Assembly: GCF_009914755.1 (NCBI RefSeq)
Contig: NC_060927.1
Reading direction: 5' to 3' (one strand)
Length of the DNA stretch: 64,000 bases
Source of the DNA: the human T2T-CHM13v2.0 reference genome, Homo sapiens
The notes below the pieces were generated by a model. It searched no databases, was not told the DNA's origin, and saw only the letters and a list, made by a program, of their open reading frames with translations. This document shows positions 1-11,873 of the stretch, one piece after another; within the stretch, counting starts at the first letter, position 1; each line of letters opens with the position of its first letter. Both the position numbers and the translations under genes were made by a program.

Positions 1-416
1 CATGTTTGTCATGTTCTTTGCATTTTCTCTGAGGCCTACTTTTATCCTTAGCCCTAATTCATATTTTTGACAGGACAAATGAGAGAATACATGATGCTCC
101 CATATGTACTGCTTCATGTTCACCAGAAAATTATGTATGCTTTTTGGTTCATAATTGTTAGGAAGAAAGAATGAAGCATGTATTCTGCATATCTGTGGAT
201 TTATGTTCATATTGACCCATACTGGACATCATTGTCAGTAATATTTTTCATTTAACACCTTACAATGTATTATTCATGTATTTGGAGAATAAGGTGAAAG
301 CAAAGCTGAGAAGAATTGAAAGGGAAGATAGGAGAAGATAATAGACAATTTGTTCTTTGATTGTCATTGAATGCCAGTTACTTTACTCATTTCCCAATGC
401 ATGTTTCAGAATATAA

Positions 417-908
417 AGTAGTCCCCACTTATTTGGGAGGAATAAATTCCAAAACCCTTAGTTGATGCCTGAAACTGCAAATAGTACTGAATCCTATACA
501 TCCTATATTTTTCCTATACATATAAACCTATGATAAAGTGTAATTTATAAGTTAGGCAGAGTAAAAGTTTAACAATCACTAATAATAAAATATGAAAATT
601 AAGTAAAATAAGGGTTACTTGAACACAGGGGCTGTGATATTGGGATAGTTGATTTGATAACCGAGATGGCTCCTAAGTGACTAATAGGCAAGTACTGTAG
701 ACAACCTGGATACGCTGGACAAAGGAATAATTTTGAGCAGGATGAACAGGATGCTACAGGATTGAATCATGCTACTCAGAATTGTGTGCAATTTATAACC
801 TACAAATTTTTTATTTCTAGAATTTTCTATGTAACATTTTTGGACCACAGTTAACCTCAGGTAACTGAAACCATGAAAAGTGAAACCACAAATAATGAAG
901 GACAGTTG
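417..908 (-). mobile_element. MER44/Tigger7-derived non-autonomous DNA transposon
   Basis: The left end AGTAGTCCCCACTTAT and the degenerate right end (AATAATGAAGGACAGTTG) resemble the MER44 terminal inverted repeats. The internal GATGCCTGAAACTGCAAATAGTACTGAA and GGTAACTGAAACCATGAAAAGTGAAACC match the recalled consensus. Confidence 0.8.
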
Positions 909-913
909 TGCAG

Positions 914-917
<4 letters not shown>

Positions 918-952
<35 letters not shown>
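918..952. repeat. (TG)n microsatellite
   Basis: About 17 TG units, read directly. Confidence 0.98.
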
Positions 953-954
<2 letters not shown>

Positions 955-1039
955 ATGTGTGCATGTGTGAAGACTTCATCAGACACAAAACTATGGTCAA
1001 GTCAATTACTAGCTGTCTAACTGTGATCAAATGACATAC

Positions 1040-2366
1040 ATTTTCTAAACATGTTCAACACTACCATACCAAAAAAAGAGAGAGAGAGAAATAGGCAAGA
1101 AGCAAAGGGCAACAGGTACCAAGTAAGTTCAAAGCCCAACAGAGAAAGCAACATTAAATCTTGTCTTAATGCTTGAGAATAATCTTCATCCCTATGTCTA
1201 ATCTTCCAGACAGACTGAGGCATGGGTTGGAAACCCAAGGCTCCTAGTGGCCCTGCTCTCATGGATTTGTTGGATACAGCCACTGCACATATGTCAGGAG
1301 TTGGAGTCAGGTGCCCGCAGCTCACCAAGGCTGGCATGGCACATTGGGGACCTTACAGGTCAGGGTTCTTACGGAAAACCTTGACACCATGGTTCCACTA
1401 AGCATTGCCATAGTTGAGGCTCTCTGCAGTGGCCCCAACCATGGCTCTGCTAGACATTGTCCTGGGGGAACACTATAAGGTTGCCCCACTTTTGTGACAG
1501 ATCTCTGCCTGGACCTTGAGGCTCACTGAGTAACTTTCAAAATCCTGGTGGAAAAAGTCATGCCCCCACAACTCTTGCACTCTGCACACCTGCAGAGTTG
1601 GCACCTTGTGGATGCCAACAAGACTTACTGCTTGTACCTTCTGGAATAGAGGCCTGAGTCACATTTGGGCATTCTTGAGCCACAACCGTGGCGGCCAAGT
1701 AGAGCTACATTGAAAGAGACTTGAGGCAGCCATGGCAAGTGATCCCCAAGTTCCCATGGGTACCCTGGGACCCTCCAATTTCCAATAAGATATTTCATAT
1801 TTCTGTCTAAGACCTCACCAGAATGGCTTTTACTCTTCATACTTCTACCAAGTTTCTGTTAATGACTACATCTATAATCTCTAAGACTAATGCTTTCTCT
1901 ACAGCTCTCTTTTAAGCCCTCACCAGAATTTTCTTTAATGCTTCGTACATGGCAATGCAGGCTTTTTTTGTGGCTTTTTCTGAAGGCTTTTTTCAGCATT
2001 CTCTTCAAAACTGTTCCAGCCTCTACTCATTACCCAGTTGTAAAGATGCTTGTACATTTTCAGGTATTTGTCACAGCAATACTCTCACTTCTCAGTACCA
2101 ATTTCTGTTGCCATCCGTGCTGCTTTCACAAAGTATCAAAATAAATAATAGAAATTTATTTCTCACATTTCTGAAGGCTGGGAAGTTCAACATCAGGGTG
2201 CTATTATGTTTCTTGTCTCGTGAAGGCTGCTCTCTCTGCTTCCAAGATGGGGGAAGCCCTCATGACATAACCACTTCCTCCAAAGGCCATGCCTCTTAAT
2301 ATTGTTGCACTGGGAATTGGGTTTCAATAGGAATTTTAGAGTGAATACTATCATTTAACCATAGCA
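1040..2366 (-). mobile_element. MaLR MST-type (MSTC/D-like) element: internally deleted 5' LTR (2106-2366) plus truncated internal region
   Basis: LTR terminus ...TTTAACCATAGCA; motif GGCTGCTCTCTCTGCTTCCAAGATGG; LTR/internal junction TACCAATTTC|TG. The internal part resembles the MST-int copy at 12246-13872. Confidence 0.8.
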
Positions 2367-5064
2367 TAGGCAATATGACTGGAAGTTTTAGAATATTTCA
2401 CATGAATCAAAGAATAGTGAATATTTTTAACTCTACTAAATTTTTATGGTTTCCATCTACATTTATCCATGAGGCCCATTGATTTATTCTCAGTCCCTTT
2501 ACCTCCTTTATGGAGAATAGATAAAAAAAAAATGCCTTCAATAGATATAGAACACATTTTACCAAATAAAACTTTTTTTAAAGCTGATAAAGAATGCATT
2601 GTGTGTTATGTTTGTATTAACTGAATTATCTACATATCCAAACTGTTTGGTCTTACCAAATTAATTTTGAATTTCTGCTTTATCAATTTCTGGACTATTC
2701 AGAAGGATAAATTCAAACCTCAAATCTAAAGCAAAATTAGTGCAGTTATAACAAAACAGACTGTCATTTATATCTAAAATGTGATTCTTAGTCTCACGAA
2801 CACTTTCAGAGCAATATTTTACAGAGAACTTATAAAGAAGCCTTTTTCCTTTATATTCACTTCTAAAATTTTGGGTAAAAGACCCACAGCTTTTTTAGCT
2901 GTTTTTGAAAGGGACGGGCTGTGGATTTTTGTACAACAAAATTTAATTTCATTCAAACATAGGGATTTTAAATATATCTTTATACTGTAATTTCTTGTCA
3001 CCAGAAGACAGTGCCTGTCAACGCTTCTCTGGCTGTCAGAACCTTGCTATGGAAACATTATGTGGCGTTTCTTCACTTGATCTAAATAAAAAGATGGGTT
3101 GGATGCTTTTTTGGGCTCCAAGTGTTAATTGCATCCTAATAAAATTATCTAGTTAAACTGTCTGCTTTGTGGTGCATTGCCATAGAGAAAGGATTTCCAA
3201 AGGAAGACTGTTCAGTTGATTGTGCTTTTAGATAATTAATTGAAATGAGAAAAATAACCCCCAAAATGAGGATTCTATAATGCTGGCTTTTTGGCTCTGT
3301 TTAATAACAAAATTTCTAAGATTACTTGCAGCCGATATAAAATTCTCCTTCAGCTGAGTGTATGTCATTGCTTCTCAGTTCATCAGCTTTGACTTTGTAT
3401 TTGACCAAACCCTTTCAATGTTCGAGGAGTGAAACATGAGGATAAAAGTTATTAAGATACCTTGAGAAAACAATTAATTCGCTTACACTAACTGAGAATG
3501 TATGCATAAAAAACTTGTGACTTTTATCAAGTTCAGGTTGGTGATGATTTATTGTGTTTTTTAGTGTGCTTGCTGTGTTTTATTTTGGTTGTAAGAGCCC
3601 CATTTATATCTATCTTCCAGAGATCATTTAGCTTTTATTTATTTTTTGGAAGCAGATAATCAATGTGTTATTTGTTTTTTTTGTATCAATGTTAATATAT
3701 TATCAGTGTCTTATGCCCTAAATTCTTAATATTCTGATATTGATTTCATTTTCCTTTTCATCTGACATTAGTTACAAAATAAAATTACACTTTTCTCATT
3801 CTTAATTAAAAATTTTAAAATCATTCATTATATCAGAAATTGATCCCAGCCAAGCGCCAAGTCTTTCTTCAATCCTGTGATAAGTCTTTCTCCTGTTTTA
3901 CTCTGATATTCCACAGAAGCAAGCCTTTCGTTTATAACATATATTCTTTAAGATCATAACCTGTTATTAGCAAAAATTCAACTACACTTTTTACTCCACC
4001 CTAAACATACTTATCTATATCTTCAAAAATATAAGCTTCAATTAACACCATATACATTTATATGCTTTTACAAGTCCTATTCCAGATGGAGAATAAAAAC
4101 ATTTCACTCAACAGGGCTATTAAAATGATGAGAAAAAAAAAACTTGCAAGAAAATTACTGGTTGATTTCCTACCATTTTTTTTTCTTTTGCAACAAACTT
4201 TGCTATTTACTTTAATGACATTTTCTCTATAATCTTATACATAGATTCATTTTAATAAATTTCAGTGTCCCATCAATTGTTTTAATTTTGATTTATTATC
4301 TTAGTTCAAATTAAGCAAGTCCTGCATGATGATTCTCACTCATGTCCCTCTAAAAGGATTGTGGGAATAAAACATAGTCTTAAAGCTATTTGATTTATGT
4401 AAAGTAACTTTTTCAGCTATATAGTTAACGAATGTCCAAGTGAGATGCTTATTGGAGACACGAGGTTTTCCATTCAATATATGAACATTGAAAAAGTATT
4501 TGTTTTCAGACTGTTTCTGTATCTGCACAATGCAGATGAGGGTACTTCGTTCTCGCCTGTGATCCATGGACAGGTTCACATTTGACCCTACACACAAATC
4601 AATCTTGAGAAATCATTTGACAATCCACTGGGCTGTAGTCTCATTAAGAGGGAAGATTAAATCTTATATTTTTTCTATTATCAGACTGGCCTATAATAAT
4701 AGATGCTTGATTAATATGGTAGAAAATATAGTCAGTATACAGTTATCTAAAACAGCCTAATATGTAGTTTAGGAAATAGTCAAATAAAAGCAATTAAATT
4801 GGGCTCAGGCTTTTCTGTGTCCTGCTTTATTTGCCTAACTTTTAGAAAGTAAGGTCATATGTTAAGTTGTCTGTCTAAAGAGTTAATTACATTGCAGCTA
4901 TTATCTAGTTGGGGTCCAAGTAAACAAAGAAATGCCACTCCAGTTTCTAATTTGAAGATGAGAAGCTTGGACACACAATATATAGGAGATATTAAAACTA
5001 TACAGTCAATGAGGTGGAATGAGATAGCTTGTGTTTTAACACCAAAAGCCATTGACTTTCTATT

Positions 5065-5225
5065 GGTAATTATATCTCCCCTAGTTTCAATAATTGTATC
5101 CTAGTTATACAAGATGTTAACATTAGGACAAATTAAGTAGAGGGTATATGGGTACTCTCTGTTTCTGCAACTTTTCCATGAGTCTAAAGTTATTTCAAAA
5201 TAAAACGTTGAAAAATAATTAAAAA
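5065..5225 (+). mobile_element. Old L1 (L1MC/ME-like) 3' end fragment
   Basis: CAAGATGTTAACATTAGG...GGGTATATGGGTACTCTCTGT...GCAACTTTTCC...TCTAAAGTTATTTCAAAATAAAA followed by an A-rich tail. Confidence 0.7.
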
Positions 5226-5966
5226 ATGGTTATAGTACACATTTACGTAACACTTAGCAGGACTTAAGGTTACTTTTCTAAGTACTATACCTATATCAAC
5301 TAATTTTACCATACAGAGATAAAGTTTCAGATTCAAAGTGTCAGATTTCAAAGTCTAAGGTAACTCATTAATATTATTAAAATGTGTTTTTAAAAATACT
5401 CTGATGCGTGAAGATATTTGTAGTCAATTGGTACCAAAGAAAATATCATTAAAATATTTCTACAGTTTTATACACACACACACACAATATGGATAATTAT
5501 TAAGTCACAGTAGTTTGAAAAAAAAAGAGTGGAAACTTCATAAAGCACAATGAGATAATGATTAAATTGACAGTTGTACAAGGAAAGGGCTAGGCAACAA
5601 AACCATCAGATTATACATGACAATAAAATCCAATTTATACAAAAGGAACTCTAAGACTCCCTGATTTGGAAAAGAAACATATTAAATTTGAGAAATGCTT
5701 CAGTCTTTTAGCTTCGCCCTCTTTGACTTCTTTTAATTTTGACCTCTTCTCCACTCCACCTCAATCATTTCACCTTCTCAAATTCATAGTATGAAAAGAT
5801 AGAAAAAACTAATCAAAATTTAAAGTGCCATATATGGCTATGTCCTAGACTGATCAAACAATTAACAGATTGATTTGATGTATCTATTATGTGAACTTCA
5901 TGCAGGTATAATTTCCCATAGACAACAGGACACTCTGCAGCATGACTGTATTTGGAGCTGTTTCTT

Positions 5967-6372
5967 TTTATTTTTTTTTTACCCTTTTTTAGGTTCAGGA
6001 GTATATATGCATGATTGTTATATAGGTGTACTTGTGTCATGGGGTTTTTTTGTACAGATTATTTCATCACCCAGGTATTACCAGGTATTGCGCTTAGTAC
6101 CCAATAGTTATTTTTTCTGCTTCTCTTCCCTCCTCCCACCCTCCACCCTCAAGTAGGTCCTATTGTCTGTGTCCTTCTTTGTGTCCATGGGTTCTCATCA
6201 TTTAGCTCCCACTTACTTGAAAGTGAGAATATAAACTATTCTACCATAAAGACACAGCACATGAATGTTCACTGCAGCACTGTACACAATAGCAGACATG
6301 GAATCAACCTAAATGACCACCAATGACAGATTGGATAAAGAAAATATGATACCCATACACCATGGAATACTA
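5967..6372 (-). mobile_element. Truncated L1PA13-16-like element with 5' inversion
   Basis: Poly-T plus antisense L1 3'UTR (5967-~6231) joined to a sense ORF2-end fragment (~6232-6372). TSD TGGAGCT(G/A)TTTCTT at 5953-5966 and 6373-6386. Confidence 0.85.
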
Positions 6373-6596
6373 TGGAGCTATTTCTTAATGTTGCTTTCAT
6401 TTTAAAAAGACTGAATTATTGAAAGGAATGTTGACATGATTCTGAAGCTCAACTTTAGCATCTGAAAATAATCAACATTTATTTGCCTAAAGAACAGTAA
6501 GGAAGTACTTCATCCAGATGACAAAAGCATTAAAATTGGAAATTAATTCTCCTAGCCACTCATTAACATACTGTGCACGCAAGTATGCATCATATC

Positions 6597-6885
6597 TTTT
6601 GTTTGTTAAGTTTTTTAGAGACAGAGTATCATTCTGTCACTCAGATTGGAATGAAATAGCATCATTACAGCTCACTGCAGCCTCAAACTCCTGGGCTCGA
6701 GTGATCCTTCCACCTAAGCCCAGTAGCTGGGACTATACCTACACACCAACACACCCAGCTAAGTTTGTTAGAATTTACTTTTTGTAGGGATGTGTTCTCG
6801 CTATGTTGCTCAGGCTGGTCTCAAACTCTTGGCTTCAAGCGATCTTCCCATTTTGGCCTCCCACTGAAAGCCAGTGCACCCAGTT
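6597..6885 (-). mobile_element. AluJ (diverged, small internal deletion)
   Basis: Antisense Alu dimer with J-type CAGCTCACTGCAGCCTCAAACTCCTGGGCTC and CTCGCTATGTTGCTCAGGCTGG. Confidence 0.9.
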
Positions 6886-9800
6886 CCCAGAGCATTTTTG
6901 AACCACATTTTATGAAGGTATGTATATAAGAAATGGTCATTTCTTTTTAGTAGCTCAACTTAAGATCTGACCACTGGATCCCTAGGATTGTAATCTTAAT
7001 TCTATTTTGTTATCTCCTCTGCTCACCCTTTCTTTTTTCTTTAGTCATACCAGAGATTTAGAGTCCTAAACTGTACTAAGACACAGGGGAGCTTATTGTA
7101 GACAAGAAGTGAAGTGGGGGCTCTCTGGATGCTGAGATTACACAGCTGCAAACATGTTACTACAAGACATCCACTGTCCCTGCCATCAGGGCCTTAGTAG
7201 CTTTAGTGTCATGCATGCAAACAGACCAATGATCCAGTTTTTCTAGAGTAATGACCATGCAGCTATTCCTTTTGCACTGTTCCTAAAGAACGATTAAAAT
7301 TGCCCAGAGTCACAGACCTCTCCACTGTGCATAGCCACAATAAATCTCTTTTTGGCCTTACAGGGAGAATGCTTTTTCTTTGTGCATTTTTTTCATACTA
7401 AACTTACTTTTTTTCACACTCCCTATATCACTTCTATCGTCTCAATCAGGTATAGAAATTCTATCTAGAGCTTAAGTTTTGGGGGTGAGGTGTATTGAGT
7501 GTACTGATAAGGAGAGAGTTAAGAATCCCAAACTTTTGAATAGTGCCCTTGGCCTTGCTTCATATCTTCCCTGAGGCCCTGCCATGTGTCTTGCCTGAGG
7601 AAGGAAAATGTCAAAGCATACAGATAAGAAAAGCATGCAATAACATACTTTAAAATATTACCCAGCCACAAATGATATTTTTTAAACAATTTGAACACTG
7701 TCATCCACTTGTGGGTATTCACCAAATACAAAATTTTTATCTAGAATAAACTGTGGATGAAGAAGACAGCAAGTCAGCACCACTACAATAAAAGTTAACC
7801 ACACACACCAGGGCTGGAATTTTCCTTATCATTAAACCATATCCCATATGCAGATACCTGAGGAAACTCAAACAGTAATATTAATAATCTCTCCTTGCTC
7901 CAGGGTACAACTAAATCAGCACAAACATCATAATGTTCTGCTATGAGCTACTTCACAAGCTTTTCAGGCAGTCTTTGCTTTCTTTTCCTCCCTTAGGTCT
8001 GCATTTTTTAATCAATCAATATGCATTGTCCAGTCCTCTTCTCCCTCACTCAAGTAATATCATGAGAATAATTGAATCAACTGTTTTTCTGCTGAAATTA
8101 TCTATGCTTTCTGTCTCCCTTTACACTATGCAACATTATGGTCCCTTTGGAACAAAAATCTCAAGCTTTGCAAGTTTGGAGATTTGAAATGTTTAGAGTA
8201 GAATGTAAAGAGTGCAGATACAATTGCTTATGTTTGTAAAAATATCAGAACTATTTGTTTAACAAAGTAGGCCGTTTCCACCCCTTCCATGCATAATCCA
8301 TTAAGTTATGATTCCAGAATTAGGATTTTGAGAAGCTTGATGGTTAGGTTCACATCCCCATAATGACATATTTCCCAAGGCTCTGGAAAGAAAGGGGTAT
8401 AATTAGATTACTATCACCAAGTATCTTGTTTTAAATTTAGAACTTTTGAGACCGATGACTTTTGAAATAAGAATGATAGTCAATATCCTGAAGGAACTGG
8501 TAGGCTGGAAAACTGTTTTCTAGCTATGAGAATGAGAAAGAGAAAGAGAGAGAGAGAGACTATCTTCCCTCTAATATCCTTTTTCTTTTCTTAAGAAATG
8601 CAGTCATATTCAGAGGCAAATATTTCTAACACCAATCTGCAGGATATACTTCACAGAAAAGTTATTTTATACTAGAATAAAGATGAAACAGTTTTGAAAT
8701 ATGAACTATAATTTGATATATGGCTTAATACGATGGGTTTTTTTTAATTAATTAAGTGAATGAATAATTTTTACTTCTAAGCCACCAGAGAATACAGGAC
8801 ATCATTTTCTTCTGTGTTGTATAAGTATGAAATAAAAGCAGTTATCCTTTGGAGCTCCTCTTACAAAGAAGTAACTGCATCAACTGGAAAAATGCTGCTA
8901 CTGTCAGAGTGTTAGCTAGTGAAATGGCAGAATATGAGAAAATGCCAGTACAAAAATGGATGATTTCAAATAAAGTATAAAATACGTATTGTAAAATAAG
9001 GCTATAATTGATTGTTTGGGTCTCTTACCAGAAAGGAAAGGAAGTATTAGAAAAATATTCCATGGGATAAAGACACTAGGTGAAGAATGGCAAGCTACAA
9101 GAGTTGATCTGTGTGTGACAAATACTCTACCTTTAAACAAGATAATAGGTGCTCTGGAATAGAAGAAGCATATGCCATTATCTAATTGAGTATTATGTTA
9201 TAATAATAAATGTGTGAAGACCAGGAAAGGAGAAACAAATGAATAATTAATAAAATACTGGTGATTTTCTACCAAAACAAGGGAAATTCAGATAAAAATT
9301 CAGTGTAAGAACATTTCAATAACCTTCAAATTTAATCACTTAGTTACTTCATTTATTGTTTTTGCCAAGAACATTTGTTATGAGTAAATTATCCAGAGAC
9401 CTTAATGTGTTCATTACTGGTTAGTAGATTAATCGTAAATACATATCCATGTATAGGAACCATGAAGGAATTTTTTCAACATTGTTTTAAAATATAAAAA
9501 GAAATAGCTAAGATGGCAGAAATATGCAGTCATCTCGTCAGAATAACTTCAAAACCCAATCAATTAATATAATGAAAAAGAAAAAAATAAAAATAAGGTG
9601 AACATAGTTTTGAAACAACATATTACACTTTCCACTTAGCTTGAATTATAGAAGTTTGGTAAACTGTCACTCCCAATTTAAGTGAAAACAAGTCATATAG
9701 CACAAAAACATTTTATTTTGTTAAAACCTATTAGGAAATTGAGGACAAAGAAATCTGAATGAACTAAAATCCAAACAAGTTATAATCTCCTGCCAGAAGA

Positions 9801-11873
9801 GAAAAGATCTTAATTGCCTTCATGGTGGAGCGGTGGAAGAAGGGAAAAACACCATAGATGAGGGTCAGAGGAAACTAGGAATAGTAGAGGAAAGATTGCA
9901 CAGAGAGAGGCCCTTGAGGCATCAATGCACAGAACTTGCAGAGAATTGTAGACAGAAAAACAGAATAAGGCAAAATATATCTAAGGCATCTGAGGCTGTT
10001 ACTGAAGAGCCCATCCCCTGCTACAGCGTTCCCCACTTCAAATCTGGGGAATGGGCAGCCAGAATGAAGAGATCTCGGAGACAGACTTCCATGGCTGGAG
10101 AGAGCTCCTCACCAGCCTCAAAAGCTAACAGCCAGAATTTAAGGCAGAGTGAATATTTTCACAGTTTTGAAAGCTTGTGGCTGGGCTATGAAGCATAAAG
10201 ACATCTTTGGAGTCTTTCCAGACTCAAATCCCAAGTCCTACTGAAAGGAGACTCATATCTAGTGCTAAAATTATTTGAATCCAGTAGTAAATGTTTCTAG
10301 CTAAAGAAATAACAAAGCCCAGGCCCAGCTTAAGTACAGATTAAGACTCTGTTGCCTAACAGAAACCTGCACCCTTTTCTAGGTGTAAATAATAATTTAT
10401 TTCAGTCTCTATAGTTCTTTACCATATAATATTAATAATATAATAAAATATTTTAGGACACATGAAGAAAAAAATTAATGTTACTAAATAAAGAAAACTG
10501 TCAAAATAACCAAATATAAAGATGGACCAAATGTGCAAATAGCCTGATAGAAGTTTAGAAAATAACTATGATGATATATTAGGGAAGGGGGAGGGTGATA
10601 TCTGTGAATAAATGAAAATTTTCAGCAACAATAGAAACCTATGGAAAAGAGTCAAATGTGAATGCTATGAATAAAAGTTACAATGTGAGAATTTGAGATT
10701 TAATTTGATAGATTAGAAAACTTGATGTCGAGGAGAAAATTATCAGTTAACTGAGGAAATCTCAATAGAAATTATTCAAACCAAAATATACAAAGAAAGC
10801 AAAAATGTAATAGAAACAAAATAGTCTCTAAAGACTTGTAGGACAGTATCAATCAAATGTGTATGTAATTTTAGTCATAAAAGGAATGAAGAAAGAGAAT
10901 GAAACAGAGGAAATATCTGAAGATACGATGGTAAATAATTTTTTATTCATAAAAGACATCGATCCACTCATCTAAAAAGTTTGTGAACCCCAAGCAGAAT
11001 CAATACAAAGAACACCTCACTTTCACATAGCATAGGCAAACTACTGAAAACCAAACATAAAGAAGCAATCTGAAAGCAGATGGGGAAGCCAGTAAATTCA
11101 TTACATGTGGATATATAACACTAAGAAAAATGGCTGACCTTGCTTCATAAACAGTGAAGATCAGAAAAAGATATGGGACATCTTTAAAGTGCTGAATTAA
11201 AAAAAAAAAAACATTTTATTTACAATTCTATACTGCAAAAATTTCATTCAAAAAAAAAAAAACAAAACAAAAGGTTAAAAACATTTATAGATGGACAAAA
11301 CTATTGAGAATTCGTCTTCACTAGACTTGCCCTAAAAGTGTTACTGAAAGAAGTTATTCAGGCTGAACCAGAATGATTCCAGATACAAAGGCTGATCTGT
11401 ATGAAAAAAATGGTAAGATCAGAGTAAATAGTTTGATAAAAATAAATACCTTTTAAATTCGATTTTATTAAATATTTGTTTATTAGTTTTGTGTTGCTGC
11501 TATCACAAATTATCACAAATGTAGTGGCTTAAAACAACATAAATTTGTTATCTTACATCTGTGTAGGTAAGTCCAACACTGACCTTACTGGGTTAAAATC
11601 AAGGTGTTGGTAGAGCTATATTTGTTTCTGAAGGCTCTAGGGGAGAATCTATTTCCTTGCCTTTTCCTAGCTTCTTGAGTCTGCCTTCCTGCATTCTTGA
11701 GCACATGGTTCTCATTCACCATTTTTAGAGGCAGCAACAATGGCTTAGGTCTTCTTTGTATCACATCACTCATCTCTTCTGCCTCCTTCTTCCACTTTGA
11801 AGGACCCTGGTGGTCACACTGGGCCAACGCGGATAATCCAGGATCAACTCCCTATTTTAGGTCAGAGGGTTAG

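Noticed and set aside
4495-4545. Acceptor-like TTTGTTTTCAG followed by a possible short exon
   Set aside because: Weak donor, no ORF support, and such motifs are frequent by chance.
9833-10198. 121 aa ORF with a protein-like, charged composition
   Set aside because: GTG start, lies in the apparent 5' region of an old L1M, and shows no recognisable domain or splice context.
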